From a virus (Duplodnaviria; Heunggongvirae; Uroviricota; Caudoviricetes): DNA of 32,531 bases. The position numbers and the translations under genes are program-made. The notes below the pieces were generated by a model. The model searched no databases. It was not told the DNA's origin and saw nothing but the letters and a program-made list of their open reading frames with translations. Shown piece by piece: positions 18,326 to 27,144 of this stretch. The DNA is taken from the IMG/VR virus record IMGVR_UViG_2909246061_000005. One strand, given 5' to 3'. Positions within the stretch are counted from its first letter, which is position 1. The number at the start of each line of letters is the position of its first letter.

Positions 18326-19603
18326 CTATGGTTTTTTATTAGAATCTTCGCCACTAAATAAATTATAATAAATTGATTTTATTAGATATCTGTCAGAATC
18401 TATATGGTCAGCACGAGTAGCATGCTCTAATGTTTCAAATGCTAGGGTTTGTGCGGCTTCAGCAAAAATTCCAGGCCAACCCTTACTCAGCATCGACAGT
18501 CCTTTAAGTACCCTTATCTGAATTTCCCTCATACTGGCACCATCGCGCGCAACAGGTGAGAAAAAGTCTTCAAGTAGATCGTTATTCTGAAGTGGTGCAA
18601 CATGTACAGAAGGATATTTCACTTCTATTTCATCAGATTTATTCTGCGCGTAAGCGGAAAGTATACGTACACCTCTGCCAATGACATCAATGGCGGTTCC
18701 AGGATCGTTCACTGCGGGGGAAAGGGCTCGGCAGGCTATTTCGGCCATGACGCTAAGACAAAATCGGGGGTCCTGAGCAAATGAACGTACATCCGAGACA
18801 ATAATCGTCTCAAGTAAATCGGTGCTGATTGATGACTCCTGGCCCTGACTCAGGTACAAAACTGGCGTGGACGGATGTATGAAACTGCCCGGCTGCGCCA
18901 CGAGGTATACATGACGGGGATCATTGGTCAGCAGCTTGCTGAGTTTCACCATATCAACATATTCAACATAGCCAATCTTTTTCGGATAAACTGCAACCGT
19001 TCCTTTCGGCTGTTCATTGTTCTCAAGCCATGGATATCCGCCGAGACAGGGATTTCTTGCTCTCGCAATAAATGTTTCGATGGCCGCCTGTTCTACTTTT
19101 GCCGTTGTCTCACCAACCCTCCCCAGAGAGGTCAAATGCTGTATCCAGCGAAGCAATGTGATGAGGATTAAGGCAATGACAACCAGTGTTACAATGAATA
19201 AAATGACTCTCCCCCTTTCTCCATAAGCTCCCATATTGAGGGCAATAATCCCTACCAGACTGAAGAGAAAAGAACCGATGAAGGTGGCCAGTACATTTTG
19301 TGTGGTGACGTCTTCAACAACTAAACGAGTAGCTCTGGGAGTCACATTAGTAGTGGCTGAACCGTAGGCTGTGACCATGATGCTCAGCGAAAATGTGGTC
19401 ACTGCCAGCATACTCGATGCCAGTATGTTCAGAATGTTATCGACTGCTTCCGCACCAACCTTCACGGAAACCGACTCAGGTATCATTGATTTAAAAAGAA
19501 TTGATAAAAGGGCCGTTATTATTGCGACAATTGCGAATAACGTTGCCCTGAACCATAGTTTTTTAAATGTCTGCTTCAGCATCCATTTCCAGCGTGAAAT
19601 CAT
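18326..19603 (-). CDS. DUF2254-like membrane protein
   Basis: 425 aa from the ATG at 19603 (SD GAGGGAA); the track start at 19618 lacks an RBS; N-terminal multi-TM region plus soluble C-terminal domain; family call is recalled. Confidence 0.6.
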   Translation of the reverse strand: MISRWKWMLKQTFKKLWFRATLFAIVAIITALLSILFKSMIPESVSVKVGAEAVDNILNILASSMLAVTTFSLSIMVTAYGSATTNVTPRATRLVVEDVTTQNVLATFIGSFLFSLVGIIALNMGAYGERGRVILFIVTLVVIALILITLLRWIQHLTSLGRVGETTAKVEQAAIETFIARARNPCLGGYPWLENNEQPKGTVAVYPKKIGYVEYVDMVKLSKLLTNDPRHVYLVAQPGSFIHPSTPVLYLSQGQESSISTDLLETIIVSDVRSFAQDPRFCLSVMAEIACRALSPAVNDPGTAIDVIGRGVRILSAYAQNKSDEIEVKYPSVHVAPLQNNDLLEDFFSPVARDGASMREIQIRVLKGLSMLSKGWPGIFAEAAQTLAFETLEHATRADHIDSDRYLIKSIYYNLFSGEDSNKKP

Positions 19604-19666
19604 TCTGCATTCCCTCATATTGCAGCCGGGATAAATAAATGCCGCCTCTGTGGCGGCATGTTGCTG

Positions 19667-21670
19667 TTAACGAACCAGATGCAGGAAGTGCAGGTGTTTT
19701 TCGTACTGGTCCAGTATGTCATTAATCAGCTGTTCCTGATTCCAGCCCATTACATCATAATTTTGGCCGCCCTCTTTGAGATAGACTTCAGCGCGATAAT
19801 ATCGATGTTGTTCACTCTGCTGCTCATCATTATCCAGCGCAGCGAGCGCGAAGGTCGGTGAGTTATACCCGCGAAGCCTCACTTCATATATATAATTCAG
19901 CTCGTTGCCCAAATCGACTTCAAGGCGAATACGATCCTCGGCGGCGTCACTGATGTGGCTTATCGTTCCCTGCTTGTTAAGTTCCTCCTGAACCAGCGTC
20001 ATGGCGGGTTGGATAATGTCGTCCATAAAACGTTTCACAAGAGAGCGCTTCGGCAAATACGCGATATTGCGTAACCTTCTCTGCCAGGGAATTGGGTTAC
20101 GTGCAGCCGTAGGAGCAATAGTCGCCATGCTAAGGCTTTCACGCTTGGTCAAATCCCGACGCAGGGCTTTTAACAGTCCGTATATGGATATTAATAAGAT
20201 AACTGAGAAGGGCAATGCACTCGCTATCGTTACGGTTTGCAACGCACTCAGCCCCCCTGCGATCAGCAGGGCAATAGCAACAACGCCCATGAGCGATGCC
20301 CAGAAAATTCGCTGCCAGACGGGCGTGTTTGCCACCCCACCTGATGCCAGAGTATCCACAACCATTGCCCCCGAATCAGCAGACGTTACAAAGAAGACGA
20401 TGACCATCGCCATTGCAATGAATGACAGCACGGAAGAGAACGGGAAATGCTCCAGGAAATTAAACAGGGCAAGCGCAACATCCTGCTGAACGGTATTGGC
20501 GAGGTCAGTGGCGCCCTGGTTCATGATGAGATAGATGGCGCTGTTTCCAAACACCGTCATCCACATGAGCGTAAAGCCGGCGGGAACAAACAACACGCCA
20601 GTCACGAACTCACGAATTGTCCTGCCGCGGGAAACGCGTGCAATGAACATACCTACAAACGGCGACCATGAAAGCCACCATCCCCAGTATAATAATGTCC
20701 AGCCCCCCAGCCAGTTGCTCGACTTGGGTTCATACGCGTAAAGGTTGAACGTTTTACTCACCAGTTCCGACAGATAACCACCCGTATTTTCCACAAATGA
20801 CTTCAGCAGAAGCACAGTGGGACCCAGGCACAAGACCAGCGCCAGGAGCAACACCGCCAGGCCCAGATTAAGCTCAGACAGGATGCGTATTCCCTTGTCC
20901 AGGCCGGACACCACCGAAATCGTCGCTAACCCCGTGATGACCACGATCAAAATGACCTGTACCGTTTCATTGATGGGCACGCCGAAAAGATGGTTCAAAC
21001 CGGCATTCACCTGCAATACACCGTAACCCAGCGATGTTGCAACGCCAAAGACAGTGCCTATCACGGCGAAGATATCAACCGCGTGGCCTATAGGCCCGTA
21101 AATGCGATCGCCGATAATGGGATAGAGCGCAGAACGCAGCGTTAAAGGCAGACCGTGACGGTAACTGAAAAAGGCCAGAATCAGCGCCACGATGGCATAA
21201 ATTGCCCATGCGTGCAGACCCCAGTGGAAGAACGTCAGGCGCATGGCTTCCTTCGCTGCCGCAACGGTCTCTGGAGTGCCGACAGGTGGCGAAAGATAAT
21301 GCATCACAGGTTCGGCAACGCCAAAGAACATCAGGCCGATCCCCATCCCTGCCGAAAAAAGCATCGCGAACCAGGAGTGGTAGCTGAAATCAGGCTGCGC
21401 ATGATCTGGGCCCAGCTTTATATCACCGTAACGTGAGAGTCCAAGGAACGTGACGCTCAGTAAAATCAGGGCCACAGCAAGTATGTAGAACCAGCTGGCA
21501 TTCGTGAAGATTTGTTGCTGAAGTAGTTTAAAATTTTTGTCGGCGACATCCGGGAATACGGCGGCAAAGGCGACAAGAAGGAAAATTAGCAAAGCAGATG
21601 TAAAGAATACCGCTTTGTTAATCTGGCTTGTAGACTTCTTTGGGGTTGTATCATTTTCACTCATAATCAT
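19667..21670 (-). CDS. BCCT-family transporter, BetT-like (choline/betaine type)
   Basis: 667 aa; WTLLYWGWWLSWSPFVGMFIARVSRGRTIREFV and C-terminal INDILDQYEKHLHFLHL parallel recalled E. coli BetT motifs. Confidence 0.85.
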   Translation of the reverse strand: MIMSENDTTPKKSTSQINKAVFFTSALLIFLLVAFAAVFPDVADKNFKLLQQQIFTNASWFYILAVALILLSVTFLGLSRYGDIKLGPDHAQPDFSYHSWFAMLFSAGMGIGLMFFGVAEPVMHYLSPPVGTPETVAAAKEAMRLTFFHWGLHAWAIYAIVALILAFFSYRHGLPLTLRSALYPIIGDRIYGPIGHAVDIFAVIGTVFGVATSLGYGVLQVNAGLNHLFGVPINETVQVILIVVITGLATISVVSGLDKGIRILSELNLGLAVLLLALVLCLGPTVLLLKSFVENTGGYLSELVSKTFNLYAYEPKSSNWLGGWTLLYWGWWLSWSPFVGMFIARVSRGRTIREFVTGVLFVPAGFTLMWMTVFGNSAIYLIMNQGATDLANTVQQDVALALFNFLEHFPFSSVLSFIAMAMVIVFFVTSADSGAMVVDTLASGGVANTPVWQRIFWASLMGVVAIALLIAGGLSALQTVTIASALPFSVILLISIYGLLKALRRDLTKRESLSMATIAPTAARNPIPWQRRLRNIAYLPKRSLVKRFMDDIIQPAMTLVQEELNKQGTISHISDAAEDRIRLEVDLGNELNYIYEVRLRGYNSPTFALAALDNDEQQSEQHRYYRAEVYLKEGGQNYDVMGWNQEQLINDILDQYEKHLHFLHLVR

Positions 21671-21912
21671 TTATTCCATTAATTAAATCCGCACTGGATA
21701 GAAGGTACTACCTCTCACAGAGTAGCAAAGTTCAACTGGCTATGCGGGGTTAATCGGAATGCATGGTGGAATGAGTGCCGATACAAATCATCCTATATTA
21801 TAAGGAGTTTTAAGTTACTCAGCCTGCCAATTACTGGGGCATTTAATTTGTATGATCTGTATCAAAGCTGGGATATAAGTTAAGTGAAGTATATTAGGCA
21901 CGAATTACCAGC

Positions 21913-21936
21913 GTCTGCTCTTGGCACAAAGCGGAC
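21913..21936. repeat. Conserved hairpin copy 3 (GTCTGCT-CTTGGCACAA-AGCGGAC)
   Basis: About 23/26 identity with copy 2 in the same orientation; upstream of the BCCT gene. Confidence 0.6.
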
Positions 21937-22004
21937 AACCACGCTAGCTCTACCCTGTGCCACAAAATGTCAATTTGCATCTGAACTAATGCACTTTAAT
22001 CTCG

Positions 22005-22427
22005 TCACTTCAATAAATACCGAACATCCCCCTGATAAAACGACAATATGCGCTGCATAACTTCGCTCTTCCGGCACTCGCGACAGATTATGTTTAGGCG
22101 ACTGTCGTAGCGACGTATTTCTCCGTCAGGTAATGACCAGATAAGGTCCGGATCAACCACAACCGGTTTCTTCAGCTTTGCCCTCGATAATTTTTTGCGG
22201 GCATTTTGCCAGTCTTTACGAGCCTGTTCAGACGGGAATAACCCGTAGCCAGAATTGTATACATCGCCACTGGCAACCAGCTCTCTGGCCAGAACGCTCA
22301 TCAGATATCTTGTTGCCCCAGTTTTAGCTTCCAGTTGTCGTAACGTCTCGCGCCCACTCTGGCGTACGAGTTCAAGAACCTGCCCTTTAATTTTTTCCCG
22401 CTCTTCTTGTGTAAAAACTTTTGCCAC
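22005..22427 (-). CDS. Hypothetical phage protein (140 aa) downstream of the replication initiator
   Basis: GTG start with strong SD AGGAGG at 4-nt spacing; basic, no Walker motif, so not a DnaC-type helicase loader. Confidence 0.5.
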   Translation of the reverse strand: MAKVFTQEEREKIKGQVLELVRQSGRETLRQLEAKTGATRYLMSVLARELVASGDVYNSGYGLFPSEQARKDWQNARKKLSRAKLKKPVVVDPDLIWSLPDGEIRRYDSRLNIICRECRKSEVMQRILSFYQGDVRYLLK

Positions 22428-22467
22428 AAGCCCTCCTGAAAATTACCTCATGACCAGAAATTAACAC

Positions 22468-23544
22468 TTACCCCCTGAAGCCCGGCGGAATTTCGTTATC
22501 CGGTTCAGAAATATGATTCACACAACGCTGGTTGTTCGTGCCGCTTACCGGGAGCAACCAGGGGTTCTCAAAATTCCGGTCCGGTCCAAAAAACGTCGTC
22601 GCTCGCTGAACAAATTCCGTTCCCGTTTTCCCGGTAGCCGCCAAGTATCTTGCGTAACGCCTCACGCCATCCAGCATGGCCTCTGGTGGCACCCCCTCGC
22701 GTAATCTGGCCTTCCAGGCACTGAAAGCGGATTTCTTCGGGTTTGCCCCAGCACGCAACGGGTACTCCCGCCAGACCTGTTCGAACACATCCGGATAATC
22801 CACTCGTCCCACAGACTGCCCGGTGTTTTCCGGGACTACCCGATCGGCTTCCCGCTGAATGGCGGAATCGGCTTCAGGCTGCTGCAGTTGGTGTGATTGC
22901 TCCGCCCTTGCGGTCATCACCTGCTGCACAGCGCCCGAATCGGCTTTCAGCGCATACGCTGAATCGGCTTCCGGTGTCGTGCCTGCTGGCTGACCAAGAT
23001 TGACGGTCTGAACATCCCCTGCCTGGTTCGTGGCGTTTTTTACGCCATGGACCATAGTGTTTTGATCTTCTTGATCTGTATCTTTATCTGTATCTTTATC
23101 TGTCGTGACTCGTCGTGACATGTGCGTGACATTTCGTGACGCGCCGTGACAATCGCCATTTTGTTCCCGCTTTCTTTCCCTCTCTCGCTGCGCCCTCTTG
23201 CGCTCTGCAGGAGATTTTGCGGTTTGCGAAATATTGCCGTTGTCCTCTTTAAGCACCTGGCGTTTTTCCCATCCAGTGATTAAATCACCATCAAGTACCC
23301 GCCCCTGCATCGTCTGCAAAATTGAATCAATTACCTCTTCTGTCACGTCGAGCGCACTTGCCAAATCTTCTGTCGTGACATCAATGTGACCTCGCGTGAC
23401 ATTTCGTGACGCGCTCACCAGGAGGTGGATATACACTGCCATCACTGTTGCAATTGGCTGTCCTGACACCCTGGCAATTGTTCGCCACTTAGGGTCATTT
23501 GGCATGTCATGCCATAATCTGAGCCAGGCGTTAGCCATACTCAC
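22468..23544 (-). CDS. Replication initiation protein (lambda O-like organisation; YdaU position)
   Basis: 358 aa; iteron arrays lie inside the coding sequence as in lambda O/ori; acidic DKDTDKDTD linker; start is the GTG at 23544 or the ATG at 23538. Confidence 0.6.
   Translation of the reverse strand: MSMANAWLRLWHDMPNDPKWRTIARVSGQPIATVMAVYIHLLVSASRNVTRGHIDVTTEDLASALDVTEEVIDSILQTMQGRVLDGDLITGWEKRQVLKEDNGNISQTAKSPAERKRAQRERERKREQNGDCHGASRNVTHMSRRVTTDKDTDKDTDQEDQNTMVHGVKNATNQAGDVQTVNLGQPAGTTPEADSAYALKADSGAVQQVMTARAEQSHQLQQPEADSAIQREADRVVPENTGQSVGRVDYPDVFEQVWREYPLRAGANPKKSAFSAWKARLREGVPPEAMLDGVRRYARYLAATGKTGTEFVQRATTFFGPDRNFENPWLLPVSGTNNQRCVNHISEPDNEIPPGFRG
23069..23150. repeat. Candidate origin iterons: 5 x CGTGAC at about 10-bp phasing, preceded by TATCTTTATCTG tandem repeats
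   Basis: CGTGAC at 23104, 23114, 23125, 23135, 23145; the 21-mer GCGTGACATTTCGTGACGCGC at 23124-23144 recurs at 23394-23414. Confidence 0.6.
23341..23414. repeat. Second iteron cluster (4 direct xGTGAC copies plus 1 inverted)
   Basis: GTCACG at 23343; CGTGAC at 23374, 23395, 23405; TGTGAC at 23385. Confidence 0.55.
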
Positions 23545-23609
23545 CTCTTTTGATACCGAATCTTTTTACTCACAAATTGCCGGAAGTGATCCGGTATGAA
23601 TATTGCGAG

Positions 23610-24035
23610 TCAATGCACAGCCACAATATTTCCTGCAGGGCCACCACGATTCATCTGGTTGAAACCAGCGATCGCCACTGCGACAAAATCATCAGCGTCT
23701 CTCACCAGTCGTTCCCGCGTCTCCACTAGTTCCCGAAAATAGGCTGAGCTATGGCTGCGCATTCGGGCCACCAGCAGAGGTGGCATTGCTTTTTCGATAG
23801 CTGGTAACAACGCCTGAATTTTTTCAACTGCATCAGGGGTGTCTTTCTCTACCCAGCGGAAAATTTTCTGGGTATTGCGAGCCAGGGCTTCCGGATGGCT
23901 GTCGTCATACAGTTCTGGGAACGTCATACCCAGTTCAAAATAAGCCCTGGTTATTTCAGCTGCCGGAACTTTTTCACCGTCCGGATGCGCCCAGGCATTC
24001 ATCGCCATGCGGATGTGTTCATGCTTGATTTTCAT
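23610..24035 (-). CDS. ydaT: YdaT-like protein
   Basis: 141 aa, in the Rac ydaT position (K-12 ydaT is about 140 aa) downstream of the Cro-like gene; overlaps it by 17 nt. Confidence 0.55.
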   Translation of the reverse strand: MKIKHEHIRMAMNAWAHPDGEKVPAAEITRAYFELGMTFPELYDDSHPEALARNTQKIFRWVEKDTPDAVEKIQALLPAIEKAMPPLLVARMRSHSSAYFRELVETRERLVRDADDFVAVAIAGFNQMNRGGPAGNIVAVH

Positions 24036-24300
24036 GAATCAAGCTCCTAGAAAGTGGTTGTGTTAACATTTTGGTATCTTCCAGCTCGGGCCAAATATTC
24101 ATCCAATCAAAAGGCCTTAGTTGCTGACGTGTAACTTCACCATTACTGGCTCGCTCAATAAGGACACATAACGATGCCCCTAACACTTGACCTTTACTCA
24201 ATGCCTTTCTTAGATAACCGATGCTGGTACCACACTCGCATGCAAACATACGCTGTTCATCTGACGAAAGAGAATTGAGAAATATTCTTAATTCTTCCAT
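24019..24300 (-). CDS. ydaS: YdaS-like Cro-type HTH protein
   Basis: 93 aa, first gene of the rightward-equivalent early operon, divergent from the repressor; HTH-like segment GTSIGYLRKALSKGQ. Confidence 0.55.
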   Translation of the reverse strand: MEELRIFLNSLSSDEQRMFACECGTSIGYLRKALSKGQVLGASLCVLIERASNGEVTRQQLRPFDWMNIWPELEDTKMLTQPLSRSLIHENQA

Positions 24301-24329
24301 AGCTACTCCTTAGTAAACACAGCAAAGAA

Positions 24330-24406
24330 TACCCATAGGTAAACAAAAGTCAATACCCACAGGTTGTTTACCTTGCAGTAATCGCATCTATTATTTACCT
24401 ATGGAC
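24330..24406. promoter_or_regulatory. Operator-like palindromes in the divergent promoter region (TACCCATAGGTA; TACCCACAGGTT; TACCTATGG)
   Basis: Three related 12-bp (half-)palindromes between the Cro-like and repressor genes; the third overlaps the repressor ATG. Confidence 0.6.
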
Positions 24407-24820
24407 AAATATGAATTTAGACGACAGCAACTCATCAAAATTCGTGATGAGAAATGCGATGGTAAAGCGGTTAACGTGGCCAGAAAGATCGGGCGCGAGC
24501 CTTCTTATGTATCAAGAATGTTGTACCCAGAGGGGAAAAAGGGAAAAAAACGGATCGCTGATGATATGGTGGAGATTATCGAAGAGTCCTTTGGGTTACC
24601 CCGGGGATGGATGGATGGTATCGTTTCATCATCAACGAACACAGCCTCCAGTTATGAAACAAGGGTTCTAACGCCACGACAACGTATTTTTTTAGATCTC
24701 TTAGACGAACTGCCAGAAAGTGAAGCGGATAACTTATTAAAAACTCTTGAAGAGAAAAAACAGTATTACAATATGATCTACGAAGAAATCCGTAAAAAGA
24801 AAGCACAAAACGCATCATAG
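24401..24820 (+). CDS. Prophage repressor-like HTH protein (RacR position)
   Basis: 139 aa; HTH (GKAVNVARKIGREPSYVSRML); divergent from the Cro-like gene; flanked on both sides by the same palindromic motif. Confidence 0.6.
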   Translation: MDKYEFRRQQLIKIRDEKCDGKAVNVARKIGREPSYVSRMLYPEGKKGKKRIADDMVEIIEESFGLPRGWMDGIVSSSTNTASSYETRVLTPRQRIFLDLLDELPESEADNLLKTLEEKKQYYNMIYEEIRKKKAQNAS

Positions 24821-24862
24821 CTCACCAAACAACTAGTCACCAGTTAAGACACCGCAAAAAGT

Positions 24863-24899
24863 TACCCATGGGTATTTACTTTTTAAATACCTATGGGTA
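24863..24899. promoter_or_regulatory. Second operator-like set downstream of the repressor gene (perfect palindrome TACCCATGGGTA and TACCTATGGGTA)
   Basis: TACCCATGGGTA at 24863-24874 is a perfect 12-bp palindrome; TACCTATGGGTA at 24888-24899. Confidence 0.6.
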
Positions 24900-25074
24900 T
24901 CCTTCTTTTCATACCAACCCACCCCGCCCCACAGAATGCAGGGCAATACTTCGAGTTACCAGGCAGTGGTCAGGGGTTAAGTAGCCAGCCCGAGGCGTAA
25001 GAACATGACGGCGGGATTCAAATTTTGCAGTGCAGCAGTTAGTTCCGCCACCCGGCGTTAAGGGGAGAGATAAG

Positions 25075-25209
25075 ATGGTGCATTACGAAGTAGTTCAGTA
25101 TTTGATGGATTGTTGCGGTATCACTTACAACCAGGCTGTGCAGGCTTTACGCAGCAACGACTGGGATCTCTGGCAGGCAGAAGTCGCTATACGTAGCAAC
25201 AAGATGTGA
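25075..25209 (+). CDS. ydaG: Small protein, 44 aa (YdaG-like)
   Basis: ATG with SD GGGGAGAG; length matches Rac ydaG; not in the ORF track. Confidence 0.4.
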   Translation: MVHYEVVQYLMDCCGITYNQAVQALRSNDWDLWQAEVAIRSNKM

Positions 25210-25219
25210 GATTCGCAAA

Positions 25220-25375
25220 ATGCAAAAAATCGACCTCGGCAACAACGAATCCCTGGTGTGCGGCGTGTTCCCCAACCAGGATGGAACGTTCACTGCCATG
25301 ACGTATACCAAAAGCAAAACATTTAAAACCGAAACTGGTGCGCGCCGATGGTTGGAGAAGCACACAGTAAGCTAA
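25220..25375 (+). CDS. ydaF: Small protein, 51 aa (YdaF-like)
   Basis: ATG at 25220; length matches Rac ydaF; 3' end overlaps the sieB 3' end (convergent); weak RBS. Confidence 0.35.
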   Translation: MQKIDLGNNESLVCGVFPNQDGTFTAMTYTKSKTFKTETGARRWLEKHTVS

Positions 25376-25860
25376 CGATTAAAACGTCTACTCCTTCTGT
25401 TCCAGAATAACTTCATAAAATGGGAGTATTTTTCGGTGACGAGATAATAAGAACAGTTTGCGCTATCACTCTGATGTTGAATGATGCCCTTCCGTTCTAA
25501 TTTTTTCATAACCGGGTTACGGCAAGGAGAAGTGATAATAAGATTTCCTGTTTTAAGGAAATTTTTAAATACAGCGATTTCTTTCTCAGATAAACGAAGC
25601 AATACTCGTTGCTCTGGTAGTAATGAATAATGCTTTTGAATATGTGCTCGCAATCTTGAGAAGGAAATGGCGACCACGAAAGAAAAGGCAAAAACGATAA
25701 TCTGAAAGAGCCAAGGTATTTCAGTATAAGCATTGAATGCGACAGTAAACTCTTTCGGTATCAGCCAGAGAGTGAGACCAAAAATGATAATCGTATACAT
25801 AAGTCTTTCGAGTGGCTCGTTAGCAAAAAGTTTCAACAATGGAGTAAATACATCCAACAT
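25372..25860 (-). CDS. sieB: Superinfection exclusion protein B
   Basis: 162 aa from the ATG at 25860 (MLDVFTPLLKLFANEPLE..), membrane segments; the track's longer ORF has an N-terminal extension. Confidence 0.8.
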   Translation of the reverse strand: MLDVFTPLLKLFANEPLERLMYTIIIFGLTLWLIPKEFTVAFNAYTEIPWLFQIIVFAFSFVVAISFSRLRAHIQKHYSLLPEQRVLLRLSEKEIAVFKNFLKTGNLIITSPCRNPVMKKLERKGIIQHQSDSANCSYYLVTEKYSHFMKLFWNRRSRRFNR

Positions 25861-26301
25861 ATCAATAACTCTCAACTGTAAGGGTATTGAAATGTTAACA
25901 CAAGCTCTCGCTGTAGGGGTATAGCCGAGACCACCGAAGCCCGGAGGTGGTGAAATAAAACCGGGCACAACACGAAGGCGCATTTCCGATATCCATAAAG
26001 AGTCGGTCTTGTCTGTTAAATTTAAATGGTGGGAGTGCGCCTCCGGTTGTAAATAACGACATTGCTGTGTGTAGTCCTGGCGGCATCAGTTTTTTTCTTG
26101 AAGTTCGGCTGATGTCCGCCCTTTTTAAAGTGAATTTTGTGATGCGGTGAATGCGGCTAAGCGCACGTGGCACAGTTAAAAGTCATGTTAGTCCTTATTG
26201 GTTTGGGTGGGAAAGCCGACTGTAATTGTTAACTGGTTGCAGTCACCTGGAGGCACCAGGCACCGCATCAACAAAGTTCATTTGTAAAAATGGAGATAAT
26301 T

Positions 26302-26523
26302 ATGATTGCACATCACTTCGGAACTGATGAAATACCACGTCAGTGTGTGACTCCTGGCGATTATGTTCTTCATGAAGGCCGGACATATATTGCCTCGGCA
26401 AACAATATTAAAAAGCGAAAACTATATATTCGTAACCTGACCACAAAAACATGCATTACTGACCGCATGATTAAAGTCTTCCTCGGTCGTGATGGTTTAC
26501 CTGTAAAGGCGGAGTCATGGTGA
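26302..26523 (+). CDS. kilR: KilR, FtsZ-targeting cell-division inhibitor
   Basis: 73 aa from [21 protein letters not shown]..; matches recalled Rac KilR. Confidence 0.8.
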   Translation: MIAHHFGTDEIPRQCVTPGDYVLHEGRTYIASANNIKKRKLYIRNLTTKTCITDRMIKVFLGRDGLPVKAESW

Positions 26524-26693
26524 TGACTAAGAAAATAAAATGTGCTTACCACCTTTGCAAAAAAGACGTTGAAGAAAGCAAAGCTATTGAAAGAATGCTT
26601 CACTTCATGCACGGGATTTTATCAAAAGACGAACCGAGAAAATATTGCAGTGAAGCTTGTGCCGAAAAAGACCAGATGGCACATGAACTTTAA
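26523..26693 (+). CDS. ydaE: YdaE-like small Cys-rich protein (56 aa)
   Basis: [30 protein letters not shown]; start overlaps the kilR stop (TGATG); an in-frame ATG at 26517 is an alternative start. Confidence 0.6.
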   Translation: MTKKIKCAYHLCKKDVEESKAIERMLHFMHGILSKDEPRKYCSEACAEKDQMAHEL

Positions 26694-26767
26694 TTAATTG
26701 ACTATTCGAAACTGAATTTATGCCAGAAATGGCAGGTATTCGCTCAACCTTAATTAAGGAGAAAAAC

Positions 26768-27043
26768 ATGATTACCAATTATGAAGCCACTGTTGTAACT
26801 ACCGATGACATTGTTCACGAGGTGAATCTGGAAGGAAAGCGCATTGGCTACGTAATTAAAACAGAAAATAAAGAAACCCCATTCACTGTGGTTGATATCG
26901 ATGGTCCATCAGGCAACGTAAAAACACTTGATGAAGGTGTCAAAAAAATGTGCCTGGTGCATATCGGAAAGAATCTGCCCGCAGAAAAAAAAGCCGAATT
27001 TCTGGCAACTCTAATTGCAATGAAATTAAAAGGTGAAATCTGA
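26768..27043 (+). CDS. racC: RacC
   Basis: 91 aa from MITNYEATVV.. with SD AAGGAG; the track's ORF has a 16-codon extension. Confidence 0.75.
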   Translation: MITNYEATVVTTDDIVHEVNLEGKRIGYVIKTENKETPFTVVDIDGPSGNVKTLDEGVKKMCLVHIGKNLPAEKKAEFLATLIAMKLKGEI

Positions 27044-27050
27044 AAGAAAT

Positions 27051-27071
27051 AGCCTGCGTATGGCGCAGGCT
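27051..27071 (+). other. Stable hairpin between racC and recE (AGCCTGCG-TATGG-CGCAGGCT)
   Basis: Perfect 8-bp stem; no T-run follows on the + strand. Confidence 0.4.
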
Positions 27072-27144
27072 ATGAACAGTGTGTATCCGGCAAGATCATT
27101 CACTGAACAAAACGAATTTTAATCTGAGTTGAGGTTAAAAAACA

